DNA from: Azolla caroliniana
Taxonomy: Eukaryota; Plantae; Polypodiophyta
DNA: 64,000 bases
Direction of reading: 5' to 3'
NCBI GenBank assembly: GCA_043228905.1
Contig: JBHGNT010000014.1
Coordinates: forward strand, 10,912,001 to 10,976,000
In this document: positions 1 through 10,108 of the stretch, one piece after another
How the letters are laid out: every line of letters starts with the position of its first letter
Numbering within the stretch: the first letter of the stretch is position 1
Position numbers and translations under genes: made by a program
Notes under the pieces: model-generated
The model's database searches: none
Told to the model about the DNA's origin: nothing
Seen by the model: the letters and a program-made list of their open reading frames with translations, nothing else

Positions 1-1763
1 CAGTCGGTCCTTCTCCTTTTGCAGCTTTTCTTTTTCTTCTTGCAGTCGGTCATTAGTGGCTCGGCCTTTCCGGAGGCCTTCTTCCATTTTTCGCCTGTCA
101 TCCTCCACCGCTTTCCGCTGCTCCCTTTCTCTTTCCCTTAATGCCTCCTGAGCTTTTAACTCCTCTCGTAAGGTTTCTATTATTTTTTCGGTCTCAGGAC
201 CGGTTTGCAAGGCTACCGGTTCCGGTTCCGGTTCTGGTTGCTTCCTTGTTGTCCTGACCGGCTCGGTGACAACTTGTGCTTGTTGAATTCCTTCCCTTGC
301 CTACAACAGCTCCCCTTGCATTTCCTCGATCTGTGTTCGGAGCGCGACCAACTCTTGAGTTGTTGTATGCGTCAGCTGTTGCCTACACGTTTCTTCTTCC
401 TCTAACTGGTCCGCTACTCCCGATAACTGCTCCGAAAGCCATCTCAGCCATTGTGGCTTTGTGCTTCCTGTGTTGGGGTGGCCTTGCTCACTTCTACTGC
501 TTAACTCAGGCTGTTTTTCCGGCCTTTTCTCTGGCTCCGGCGCTTGTTCATTCTTCTTCTCTGGGATGACCGGTTCTCTGAAGTCCGGCACAACCGGTGT
601 CGGTGGTGCTTCCCTCGGTACGGGTTCCGGTACTGCTTCCGCCTCGGCTACTGGAGGTGATCCTTGCGCCCTCTGCTGAGTTTTGTCAACTGGTGGAGCC
701 GGTCCTTTCGCCCGTCTCTCCCGACCTTGTCTTGCTGGGAGTCTTACCAGTGGTTCGGATGAGTCTTCTGTTTCAGCTTCCTCCTCCGGTGCGGTTACCA
801 GACGGACCTTTTGTATAAAGACCTCTGGTTCCGGTTCCGGCCGTCGCAACGTTATATTAATTGGTTTGAGCGCTACCGGTTCCTCCTCGGCCGATTTCCC
901 TTTGCCTTTTCCTGCCGGTTTTGCCTTTGTTGCCGATTCCTGTTGCTATCGGGATGGTCCTTCCCCCCGCTGTTCTACTTCTTGCTGGGTCAATCCGGGG
1001 GTGTGTTTCTCCAGGATCTGTCGGCGCTTTGTGACCTTTTTCGGCGTCGTCTCCTGCCGACCTCTTTTCTTTTGTGTGATGGGGAGCACCGGTGGGACTA
1101 GCACTATCCCGGCCCATAGCTTTTTTCCTTCCACAAGATTCTTGATGGCCTCCTTCAATCCTTCAGTTATGAAATGGAGCCAGTCTACTTGTAATCCTTC
1201 GTATGCTGCTATTAAGAACGTTGCCCGGTACCTGGCTATGGCTGGGGGACGAGGATTCACGAATCCGTATTCCATCATGGCGCGAGCCACTTCTCCGAAT
1301 AGCAGGTTCTCTCCGCCCTGTGTTCGGTACGCCTTGCTGCTGATAGAACGCTCACGGAAATATTCGAACAGGATTTCACTTGAAGGGTTTTCGATTGTTT
1401 GAAGCCCTCCTGCTTTTATCCCCATGAGCGCCTGCACCGCTCCTTCCGTGATTTCTGATAAATCGATCGATGCTGCCACCTGCTCTGGTTCTGCATGTGG
1501 TGGAGCGTCGGCGATCCGTAGCAATCCTTTTAACCCGTTCTCCCTCATCCATTGGCGTGCCTCCTCCGACAGTACCATTGTTTCGAATTCTTCCTTTGCT
1601 GTCTGTTGTTCAGGATCGGGCTATGTGTGCGTTGTGCGTCGGATCGCTCTTCTGTGCTTCTGCGCCTGTGTGTAGGAAAATTCGTAAAAAGTAAGTCCTT
1701 CGCAGGCCTGTGTATTATATAGTGGCTTTTGCCTCGAGCCGCCCTTTTTCGTTTCCCGCGCAT
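1..1763 (-). pseudogene. Extra 3' ORF of Gypsy A: globular N-terminal domain, Pro/Glu-rich linker, coiled-coil; frameshifted
   Basis: ORFs 1545-1763, 946-1578 (..AAYEGLQVDWLHFITEGL..) and 301-849 lie on the pol strand, downstream of the pol stop at 2015. What is probably the C-terminal part is seen in copy B (17383-18232). Confidence 0.7.
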
Positions 1764-2014
1764 GTTCCTCTCCCGCCATAATTAGTATGTCCTTTCTTGT
1801 TTGCCGCGTGTGAGTGCCCACGTTCCATGCTTTAAATAGCAAGTACGCACACGTCCTTCTTTAATGCATGGCGCCTCTTCGTTGCATGGTGGCGCTCCCA
1901 CCTCTTGTGATCTCCCCATCACTACTATGATTCGCGTCGATTTTGCCCACGTCTCTTTTATTTCTTTTTTATTTCTTTTTTTTATTTCTTTTTTTTTCCT
2001 TTGTTTGGACCACG

Positions 2015-5000
2015 TCATTTGTTGGTCCCCCCCGATTTGTTCGGGTCGGTTCGCGTTGATACCGGATCCTTCTGTCGGTTTTCCCGGATAGTCTTTGTCA
2101 ATATCGGTGTTGGTTCTTCCTCGGTCCGAATATCTTCAGCAGCGTCTGTCGGTGTCAGTTCCTCATCTTGCCGGATTTCCGGGTTTTGCTTGAACGGGTT
2201 GGCTGGCATATTCCCCTTATACGACTTTAGCCGAAACCCATTTACCCACTTATCGATGACATCTCCAGACAACGTGCCGAGCTGATACGACCCATTGTAC
2301 TCCTTGGTGATCCAGAACGGTCCGGTCCACCGAAACCGCAACTTTCCCGGCATGTTCCCCATCCGTGTCTGGAATAGTAGCACCGGTTTCCCGACTTCGA
2401 ACTCCTTTTCGTTGCCACGCCAGTGTCGGTCCACGAAAGCTTTTCTCCTCCTTTGCTCCAGTTCGAGTTGTAGTAAGCTGGCTATTCGGTATTCTTCTAA
2501 TTCCAACAACGTCGCCAGCCGGATTCGTTCAGACTCCTTCTCACTTAAGCGCTCCTTTACCTGAATCCGTAAGCTGATGATCTGGAACTCTACCGGCATG
2601 ACCGCTTCTAAACCGAATGCTAGTCGGAACGGGGTTGTCCGGATGCTGGTTTTGTACGTTGTTCGGTACACCCATAGCGCGCTTTGCAATTTCGTATCCC
2701 AGTCGGTCCGGTTCTCGTTGACAATTTTTCGTAGGATGTTCTGTAGAGTTTTGTTCGTTGATTCCGCTAGTCCATTGGCTTGAGGGTAGTAGGGAGTACT
2801 CCTTTTATGTACCACCGTGTAAAATGACGTCAGGCTTTCTACTACCTGCCCGAGAAAATGTCCTCCTTGGTCACTTATAAGCTCGATCGGGCATCCATAC
2901 CGGCACCATATGCACTTGTACAGGAACTTTGCCGTGGACGCGGCCGTGTTGTCCTGTAAGGCCTTTGCTTCTACCGATTTGGTGCAATAGTCGGTCGCCA
3001 CTATGACATACCGATTTCCGGTTCGCATTGCCTGTGGCTTGAAGGGACCGACAAAGTCCAAACCCCAGTTTTGAAACAGTTCCACGGCAAGACCGGGTGG
3101 TGTGGCATCTGGGCCTGCTCCGTGGGTTGGCCCAGTCGTTGACACAAATCGCATTCTCTGCTATACTTCACGGCATCTTTTAGGGTGGTAGGCCACCATA
3201 GTCCGCTCTGCCATATTTTCCGAGCGGTTGCGTCGCCGGCATAATGCCCGCCGGAAATTCCACAGTGGGCTTCCCTGAGGATTAAATCCTTCTCATCGCT
3301 CCGCACTGCTCGTCTCCAGATGCCATCTACCCCCTTGTGATAGAGGGTGTCTCCAACCAGGCAGAAATGTCTGCTTCTTACTGCTACCCTTTTCCTTTCA
3401 TCGCGGTCCATGTTCTCCGGGGGTACTCCGGTGCTCAGGAACTGATGCATCTCAGTTAGCCACGTGTCTTCATCGGCTACCGTTGCATCCGTTGCCGGTT
3501 TCGTCGTGATCCGGAACAACTCGGCGTCGGGGAACTCATCCTGGACGCCGTCCCCTACTTCTCCGGATTCGAGTCTGCTTCGGTAGTCCACTACCGCATG
3601 CTGCGCCCCGGGTTGGTGGAAAATGTCGAATTCAAATTCCTGTAACAGCAGTGTCCATCGTGCAATTTTTCCCATCAGGGATGTCTTCGAGACTAGGTAG
3701 AGTAGTGCCGAATGGTCGACATAGAAGGAAAACTTCCTTCCGAGCAGATAGTGTCTGTACTTTGTGACACTATACACCATTCCCAATGCCTCGCGTTCCG
3801 TCGTGGAGTAGTTCCGTTCGGCTTTTGAGAGTTTCCGGCTTGCGTAGTACACCGGTCGGTACCATTTCGGCTCCGTGAGTTGCATCATAACACTGCCGAT
3901 TGCTACGTCCGACGCGTCGACGAAGACGTGAAAGCTTTTACTCCAATCCGGCGGTTGCACCACCGGAGCTTGCGACAGCATAACCTTCAACGCTTGGTAG
4001 GCTTTCTCCTCCGTCTCCGCCCATAGGAAGGGTACCCTGTGTACGGCGGTATGTAATGGTGTAGCGAAGTCTGCGAGGTGTGGTATCATCCGGCTATGCC
4101 ACCTTATTTGGCCCAGGAACCGGCTTAAAGCCTTTGCGTTATTTCGTGCTGGTGCCTAGAGAATCAACTTGACTTTATCCGGATCTACCGCGATTCCTTC
4201 CTTACTCACCACGTGCCCTAGTAAGTTGCCGCTTGCCACTCCAAAGACGCACTTGGCCGGGTTCAGACTTAACCGGTACTCGCGGCACTTCTCCAAGCAG
4301 AGCCGGAGGTGATCGAGATGCTCTCCGTGCCGGCTGTAGACCGCGAAATCGTCAAGGAAGACTTGCATAAAACCGGGGATATATTCCCCGAAAATTTCCA
4401 TTATTATCCTTTGAAAGGTCGTTGGAGCCGTCTTTAGTCCAAACATCATCACGACCGCGACGAACACGCCCCATTCCGTAACGAACACTGTCTTCTCCTG
4501 GTCAGCCGGGTTCATTCGTATTTGGTTGTAGCCGCTAAATCCATCCAGGAAGCTGTAAACTTCGTGGCCGGCTACCGCATCTAACACCCTGTCCGTAAAT
4601 GGTAGTGGAAACGCATCGGTCACTGTTGCGGCATTTAGTTTGCGATAATCCACGCATACCCGGATTTTGCCGTTCTTTTTCAAGACCACCACTATCGGAC
4701 TCAGCCAGGTTGCCTGCTTGACCGGTCGGATAAATCCGACCCGGAGGAGCTTATCAATTTCCTCCTTCACCTCCGCCGCATAATTCGGATTCATCCGGTA
4801 CCTGCGTTGAGGGATCGGTTTCGCGTCCGTACTTAGGTGAATTTGGTGCTGATAGAGCTGGGGGTCCAGCCCTCGCATGTCTTCGTACGACCACGCGAAC
4901 ACATCCTTGAAGTCTGTTAATAATGCTACCATTGCCTTCTTTTCTTCCTTCGGCAATTCCTTTGCGACATTTACCGGTCGGGGCTTGTCTGTTGTGCCAA

Positions 5001-6110
5001 GGTCCACCTCCTCTAGTTGGGATGCTTTTACCCTCTAGGATATCGTCATTTCCCTTTCTAGGGATTCCTGCGCTTGTCGCAGTTCCCGGATTGCCGCTTG
5101 GTCCGGTTCATCCGGCGTCGTAATGTACGGTTCTACTGCCGCCGTAATATCCACCTCAAATAGTGGGACGATTCGTGGGTGTTCCTCGAGGTACCGCTCG
5201 ACTTCCTCGTCCGGTAATCCCTCCAACATGTTGATGCTTTCCGCATACAATGGAGTTGCTTCCTTACTGGCGATCACCCGTAGTTGCGTCGTTACTCGTA
5301 CCTTTGTTTTCCCTCGCTGGAATGTGATCATGTTCTTTTGCCAATTCTGCTTGATATGCGCCGTTCGCAGCCATGGTCGTCCTAGCAGTAGGGGGTACGC
5401 ACCTTGTACATTCAGCTGCAGCACCACGGCCGATATCCGGAATACGTGGCCTCCAATCGTTACTTCCAAATCCCGGATAAGCCCGGTCGGTCGGATTGTG
5501 CTGGTATCCGCCATGCGTAACCAGAAGGGGCATGGTTCCCATTGCCGGATGCCCAGGTTATCGCATGTCTGTCGGCTGATGACATTTACCCCGGAGCCTC
5601 CGTCAATAATCGTTCCAGCAATTTCCTTTCCTTTCACGATTGTCGTGATCGCAGGGCTAGTTGTATCGACCACCGCTGGTCCTTCTTCCGGATTGGAGAA
5701 GAATGCCGGTGCTGGCGTCGGCTTTGGTTTGCTCACGGATGCCTGTAAGTCTGCCGTAAACCGTGGCACCAACTGTAGTAGCCGTGCTAATGGCAGCACG
5801 ATTTGACAGTCCTGTAGCGCTTGCCACGTCGGGTTTTCTCCTGGCTGTATGATTTTTCGTCTTTTGGCATATTTTGGTCTCTTACTTCTACCGCATTCTG
5901 TTCATTGGCCTCCTTGATCCATTGCGCCGCTTGTTTTCTAATTGCCTCCTGGGCTTTCCACTCGGCGGTCTTTCCCTTTGACCGGGTTGTGACCTGCTGT
6001 ACTTCTGTTATTTCGGCTATAACCATGTTGACTGCCGGCTGCTTGTCATTGGTTTTGCTTGGGAATTGGTTACTATAATGGCCTTCCTTACGGCAGTAAT
6101 AACAGTACAC
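2015..6110 (-). pseudogene. pol: Gypsy A pol region (last Zn knuckle, aspartic protease, RT, RNase H, H2C2-DDE integrase), disrupted
   Basis: IIDGGSG protease (5035-5799); LDGFSGYNQI and FLDD RT motifs (4156-5007); DASD..YYASRKL..EREAL RNase H and HHCC (3001-4089); WGLDFVGP, ISDQG, PQANGLAE and WTGPF integrase (2015-3154). Several frameshifts and stops. Confidence 0.95.
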
Positions 6111-6164
6111 CTTGTGACTGTTGCTCGTTTCTCCTTTGTCCCCGGTTTGGAGTGTGGGTATGCT

Positions 6165-7883
6165 TCAGCGGTCGTCTTCGGTTTTTCGGTTATCCGGTAC
6201 CGATACCGGGTTGTCATTCCTCGCTGCCTCCCGACGTTCCTCTCTTCGGAAAAATCCACGCTTCTGATTCCGTCGGAAATTTCGGTTCCCTTGTCGCCTC
6301 TCTTCTCTGCGTCGTTCGTATTCCGGGGATTCGTCTCGGTCGTACCGGTCCCGGGGGTAGCTATCTCTGCGTTTCTCCTCTCGGTCATAGTTATCGCGTC
6401 TTCTATCAGCGTATCTGTTACCGCGTTCGCGTTGGTAGTGGTCGTCTCTCCGGAATCGATCCTCATCCGGGTTCTGATTGCGCGGTTCTATGTGTCGAAC
6501 CCGTGCTGCCTGCCGATTTAACAGGTTATATTCGCATCGGTCCATTGTATGGGCTCGAGAATTGCAGATCATACATTGTGTCCACAGGGTGCAGTCTACT
6601 TTTGAGTGGCCCGAATTTAGGCATGTTGTGCATTTTAAGGCCTGTCGGAACCTCAGGTCTTCCTCCTTCGGGAGTGCCCGGTGTAACATCCCCATCGACA
6701 AGAGGGGGCTAGTCTTGTCCATTTCTAAAACCCGATCAATAACTTGGTCCATTGTGCTGGTGTGGAAATCAAGGACTCCGCACATTGTTCGAAGTGGCTC
6801 TTTCAGGGCGGCCAAAAAGACTGCTTTGGCTTCGTCTTCGGGTGGTGCTCTCGTCAGTTGGCTGTGCAGGGTCTGAAACCGAATGATGAATTGGGGCACA
6901 GTCTCGTTCTCTTCCTGCCGGGTGGTGTAGAACTGCCCGACCAATTCCCTTTGCTCAACTTGTCTGTGAAAAAGCCTGAGGAATCTGGCCTTCAAGGCAT
7001 CGAATGTGGCAAAGCTGCCCGGTAAGTGCTTTGCGTGCCATCGGGCCGCCGGTCCTTCTAAGGTTATGCCGAATTCGGCGACTTTGGATCGTTCGGCTTC
7101 GGGCTCCGTCAGTCTTTGGGAGACATGGTTGGCTTCCCATGTTTGGAGGAATGCGTACACGTGTGCCTCCGCGTCGGGCTCATCCCGGTACTTTGGGTAT
7201 GGGTACGACATCGTGTCGTCCAACTGACTCTCCTGCTTTCTGTCCGTTGTTGGCGTCGGTGTGAGAACCTTTGGTTCCTCTGCGGTTGGTGCCGGTATCC
7301 GCTCCTTCAGTTCCTCCGCGGGTGTTGCCGGTGTCTGGTCCTTTGGTTCCTCCGCGGGTGTTGTCGGTATCCGCTCCTTCGGTTCCTTCGCGGGTGTTGT
7401 CGGTATCCGCTCCTTCGGTTGCTTCTCGGGTGTTGTCGGTATCCGGTCAGCCTCCCTCGGCGATTGCCGGTCACCGAACTCCAAGGTTATTTCTTCCTCT
7501 AGCTTCGGTGTTACTGAGTCTTCCGACCCCTCTTCCCCCGGGTCATTTGGTGTGTCGTGGCTGCTTTTATACCGGGGCGCAACGCTTCCGTCGCTTTCCG
7601 ACTCCGCCTCAAGTGTTGCGAATGCTTCCGAGTCCCCGTCGCCCCCGGCGAGCGTCTGTAGTATCGTTTCCGCCTCTTGCAGGCTTGTTATGCTACTTCC
7701 TTCATTGGGGATTGGCAGAACCCGGAACTGCAGTGCTTCTTCTGCGACTCTCCTAAGAGTTTTGGAGAATGACCGATCCCGCCGGATCTCGTCGACGGCT
7801 TGCTGCAGGGCTTCCCGTCGTTGCTTTCGTTCGGTGTATCGTCTCCCTCGTTCGGTGATGTGGTCGTCGTTTGGTCTAGACAT
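6165..7883 (-). CDS. gag: Gypsy A gag with long N-terminal extension and two CCHC knuckles; ends at a premature TGA
   Basis: ATG at 7883 (MSRPNDD, same start in copy B at 23090); retrotransposon gag core (..Q..NETVPQFIIRF..); knuckles CTTCLNSGHSKVDC and CMICNSRAHTMDRC. The stop at 6165 is CGA in copy B. Confidence 0.9.
   Translation of the reverse strand: MSRPNDDHITERGRRYTERKQRREALQQAVDEIRRDRSFSKTLRRVAEEALQFRVLPIPNEGSSITSLQEAETILQTLAGGDGDSEAFATLEAESESDGSVAPRYKSSHDTPNDPGEEGSEDSVTPKLEEEITLEFGDRQSPREADRIPTTPEKQPKERIPTTPAKEPKERIPTTPAEEPKDQTPATPAEELKERIPAPTAEEPKVLTPTPTTDRKQESQLDDTMSYPYPKYRDEPDAEAHVYAFLQTWEANHVSQRLTEPEAERSKVAEFGITLEGPAARWHAKHLPGSFATFDALKARFLRLFHRQVEQRELVGQFYTTRQEENETVPQFIIRFQTLHSQLTRAPPEDEAKAVFLAALKEPLRTMCGVLDFHTSTMDQVIDRVLEMDKTSPLLSMGMLHRALPKEEDLRFRQALKCTTCLNSGHSKVDCTLWTQCMICNSRAHTMDRCEYNLLNRQAARVRHIEPRNQNPDEDRFRRDDHYQRERGNRYADRRRDNYDREEKRRDSYPRDRYDRDESPEYERRREERRQGNRNFRRNQKRGFFRREERREAARNDNPVSVPDNRKTEDDR
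7250..7446 (-). repeat. 36-bp in-frame tandem repeat in gag (12 aa, ~RIPTTPAEEPKE, ~5 copies); counterpart at ~22460-22650 in B
   Basis: Visible in the translation: RIPTTPEKQPKE-RIPTTPAKEPKE-RIPTTPAEEPKD-QTPATPAEELKE-RIPAPTAEEPKV. Confidence 0.85.
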
Positions 7884-7919
7884 CCATCCCCCGGTTGTCC
7901 TCTGCACTTTGCAGGAATC

Positions 7920-7929
7920 GTGGTCGCCA
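7920..7929 (-). promoter_or_regulatory. Primer-binding site of A (TGGCGACCAC, tRNA-Arg(UCG)-like); same motif at 23127-23136 in B
   Basis: Starts after a 6-nt spacer downstream of the LTR CA on the minus strand. The tRNA identity is from a recalled plant tRNA-Arg 3' end. Confidence 0.7.
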
Positions 7930-7935
7930 AAATAG

Positions 7936-8326
7936 TGTTGTCTGCCTGGCCGGACTAGCCTCAACACAGGTGTCTATCCGACACTTCTCCAAAGGGGTGG
8001 TAAGGATTGGATGCTAGGTTACACGCGTAAGATGATTACAATTAAGCACAGACGGTAAACAATAAGAAGATACAGATAAACACGCAATAATTACTTTTGT
8101 ATTACTTCCGTCAAAGCCTTTTACAAATCATCGGATCCTTTTATAGGCATCCGGCAAGGTTACAATCGGTGCGCTTAGGCAACCGACATCCGAATCGGTC
8201 TGGATCCGGATCGGTACAACTGTACCGGATCCGTCCCTCCGAATAATAATTCTACTATTATTTACTTCCTATTATCCGATCCGACTCCGCCTTCCCACTT
8301 GTCCTTGCTCTTCTGTCCGGCCAACA
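7936..8326 (-). repeat. 5' LTR of Gypsy A (391 bp)
   Basis: TGTTG/CAACA termini; highly similar to 16944-17332 and 23143-23531; TATA-like CCTATAAAAGG on the minus strand near 8140. Confidence 0.93.
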
Positions 8327-8429
8327 AATAGCGTCACTATCTTCTCTCTCTTCTTTTTTTTCGTAACGATTACATAGAATACTATTTTTACACTATAATA
8401 CAAGTGGGGCCGTCTACTTACTTTGCGGA

Positions 8430-9255
8430 TTCTCCAGCTTTGTCCTGTCTAGCGGGGAATGGGTTAGGTGACATAGGTCCAAAATAAGGTTTTAAGAGAA
8501 ACCCATTCACTTTTTGACGTAACACTTCCCCGACTAATGTGCCAAGTTGAAACGTTCCCTATAGTGCTCCCACTATCCAGTACGGGCTTGTCCAACGGAA
8601 TTTTAATTTTCCTGGTATATGCCCCATGCGTGTTTGGAAAACTAATACCGCTTTCCCAACCATAAATTCTTTTTCACGCGTATGCCGGTGTTTGGTCCAC
8701 GAATGCTTTGCGTTGTCGCTGTTCATGCTCTAATATGGCCATACTACGTAACCTTGTTTCTCCTAGTTCTAACAGTTGTTGTAACCGTACTTGTTCGGAT
8801 CTGCCCTCCGGTAGCCAGGCTCGTACTTGAATCCGCAAACTAGGTACCTGGAATTCGACTGGCATCACGGCCTCTAGACCAAATGCTAGCCGGAAAGGCG
8901 TTGATTGTATGCAAGTCTTATAGCTGGTACGACATGCCCAGAGCGCGTTGTGCAATTTGGTATCCCAATTCGTTCTGTTCTCATTGACTATCTATTTGAG
9001 GATAGTTTGTAGGGTTTTTTTCGTAGATTCTGCCAAACCATTTGCCTGAGGGTAATACAACGTACTTTTTTTGTGAACCACGACGTAATGTTGGGTCAGT
9101 TCACTGATGACCGTATTGAGGAAGTGACTCCCTTGGTCACTAATGAGCTGGATAGGGCAGCCGACACAACACCAGATGTGTTCGTAAAGGAATTTCGTCG
9201 TGACTGCCGCAGTATTCTTGCGTAGTGGTTTCGCTTCTACCCACTTGGTACAGTA
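8430..9255 (-). pseudogene. pol: Element C integrase, C-terminal half, degenerate
   Basis: YCTKWVEAKPL..ISDQGSHF..PQANGLAES and TPFRLAFGLEAVMPVEF; homologous to the A integrase. Confidence 0.88.
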
Positions 9256-9349
9256 ATCTGTGTTGGGAGACAAGTCCCTCCGGATGGGAAGGGAGAAGAA
9301 CAATGCCGACAAACAAACTCGGCCAAGGCCGATAGGCCGAAGCCGAAAC

Positions 9350-9625
9350 GGTATGAGGAGTACCCGGCTACGAAGAGCCGGATGGTGCAGGCCCGGTGCG
9401 AACCGGATGAGGAGTACCCGGCTACGGAGAGCCGGATGGTGCAGGCCCGGTGCGAACCGAATGAGGAGTACCCGGCTACGGAGAGCCGGATGGTGCAGGC
9501 CCGGTACGAACCGGATGAGGAGTACCTGGCTACGGAGAGCCGGATGGTGCAGGCCCGGTACGAACCGGATGAGGAGTACCCGGCTACGGAGAGCCGGATG
9601 GTGCAGACCCGGTATGAACCGGAGG
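9350..9625 (+). repeat. 54-bp tandem repeat (~5 copies) in Copia U3; also at ~14185-14460, ~42300-42545 and ~47175-47475
   Basis: Unit GAACCGGATGAGGAGTACCCGGCTACGGAGAGCCGGATGGTGCAG(G/A)CCCGGT(GC/AC/GA). Confidence 0.92.
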
Positions 9626-10108
9626 AAGAGACATATTCGTAAATATGTTTCTGAGAGCCCATCGTGGCTATATTTGTAAATAGCCGAAAAGTCAGATTAG
9701 TATAAATATGATTTAGGGCAGACTTTTAGAATGTGGTTGTTATTTTCTTGTTGATGTAAGAAAAGAGAGAGTGCGTAACTGTACACAGAGAGAGAGAGAG
9801 ACGAGGTCGTTGCCTCTGTTGTAACCGCCGCCTGTGGTGAAGATCGTGAGTCCGAGGTCGTTGCCTCCGAGTACTCACAGTTATGTACATTCATACATAG
9901 TGACAGTTTGCAGCCTGTGGGCTGCTGTGGTTTTTCCCCTAGTTTGGGGTTTTCCACGTTAATCTCCTGTGTACCATTTCTCTTCTCTGTGTCGTGTTTC
10001 ATTACCTATTTTTCTGTGTATGAAAAGAAGCTCGGTTGTGGCCAAGCTTAGGGCATAAGGGGTGTTGGATTCCCGTCAAGTGGTATCAGAGCAAAATCGA
10101 CACAGAAA

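Larger units (their letters stand above)
1..8326 (-). mobile_element. Ty3/Gypsy LTR retrotransposon A, non-chromoviral (Athila/Phygy/Selgy-like, no aRH seen); 3' end lies outside the window
   Basis: On the minus strand: 5' LTR 7936-8326 (TGTTG...CAACA), PBS, then gag-PR-RT-RH-INT in Gypsy order and an extra ORF downstream of pol. Inserted downstream of the integrase of element C. Confidence 0.93.

Noticed and set aside
5123-7935. Long antisense ORFs over gag/pol (e.g. 5123-5806, 7261-7935, 20071-20994, 22468-23142)
   Set aside because: These are mirror-frame shadows of GC-rich coding sequence with no recognisable domains.
7931-8331. AATAG on both sides of LTR 7936-8326, suggesting a solo LTR with TSD
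   Set aside because: The inner AATAG is part of the LTR-PBS spacer and is also present in copy B (23138-42), where the outer flank differs. The match is coincidental.
9237-9679. Repeat-protein ORFs in Copia LTRs (EPDEEYPATESRMVQAR; also 14040-14477 and 47126-47503)
   Set aside because: These are a by-product of a 54-bp GC-rich unit that is open in several frames and on both strands. The EPDEEY frame is closed by TGA in Copia 4 units.
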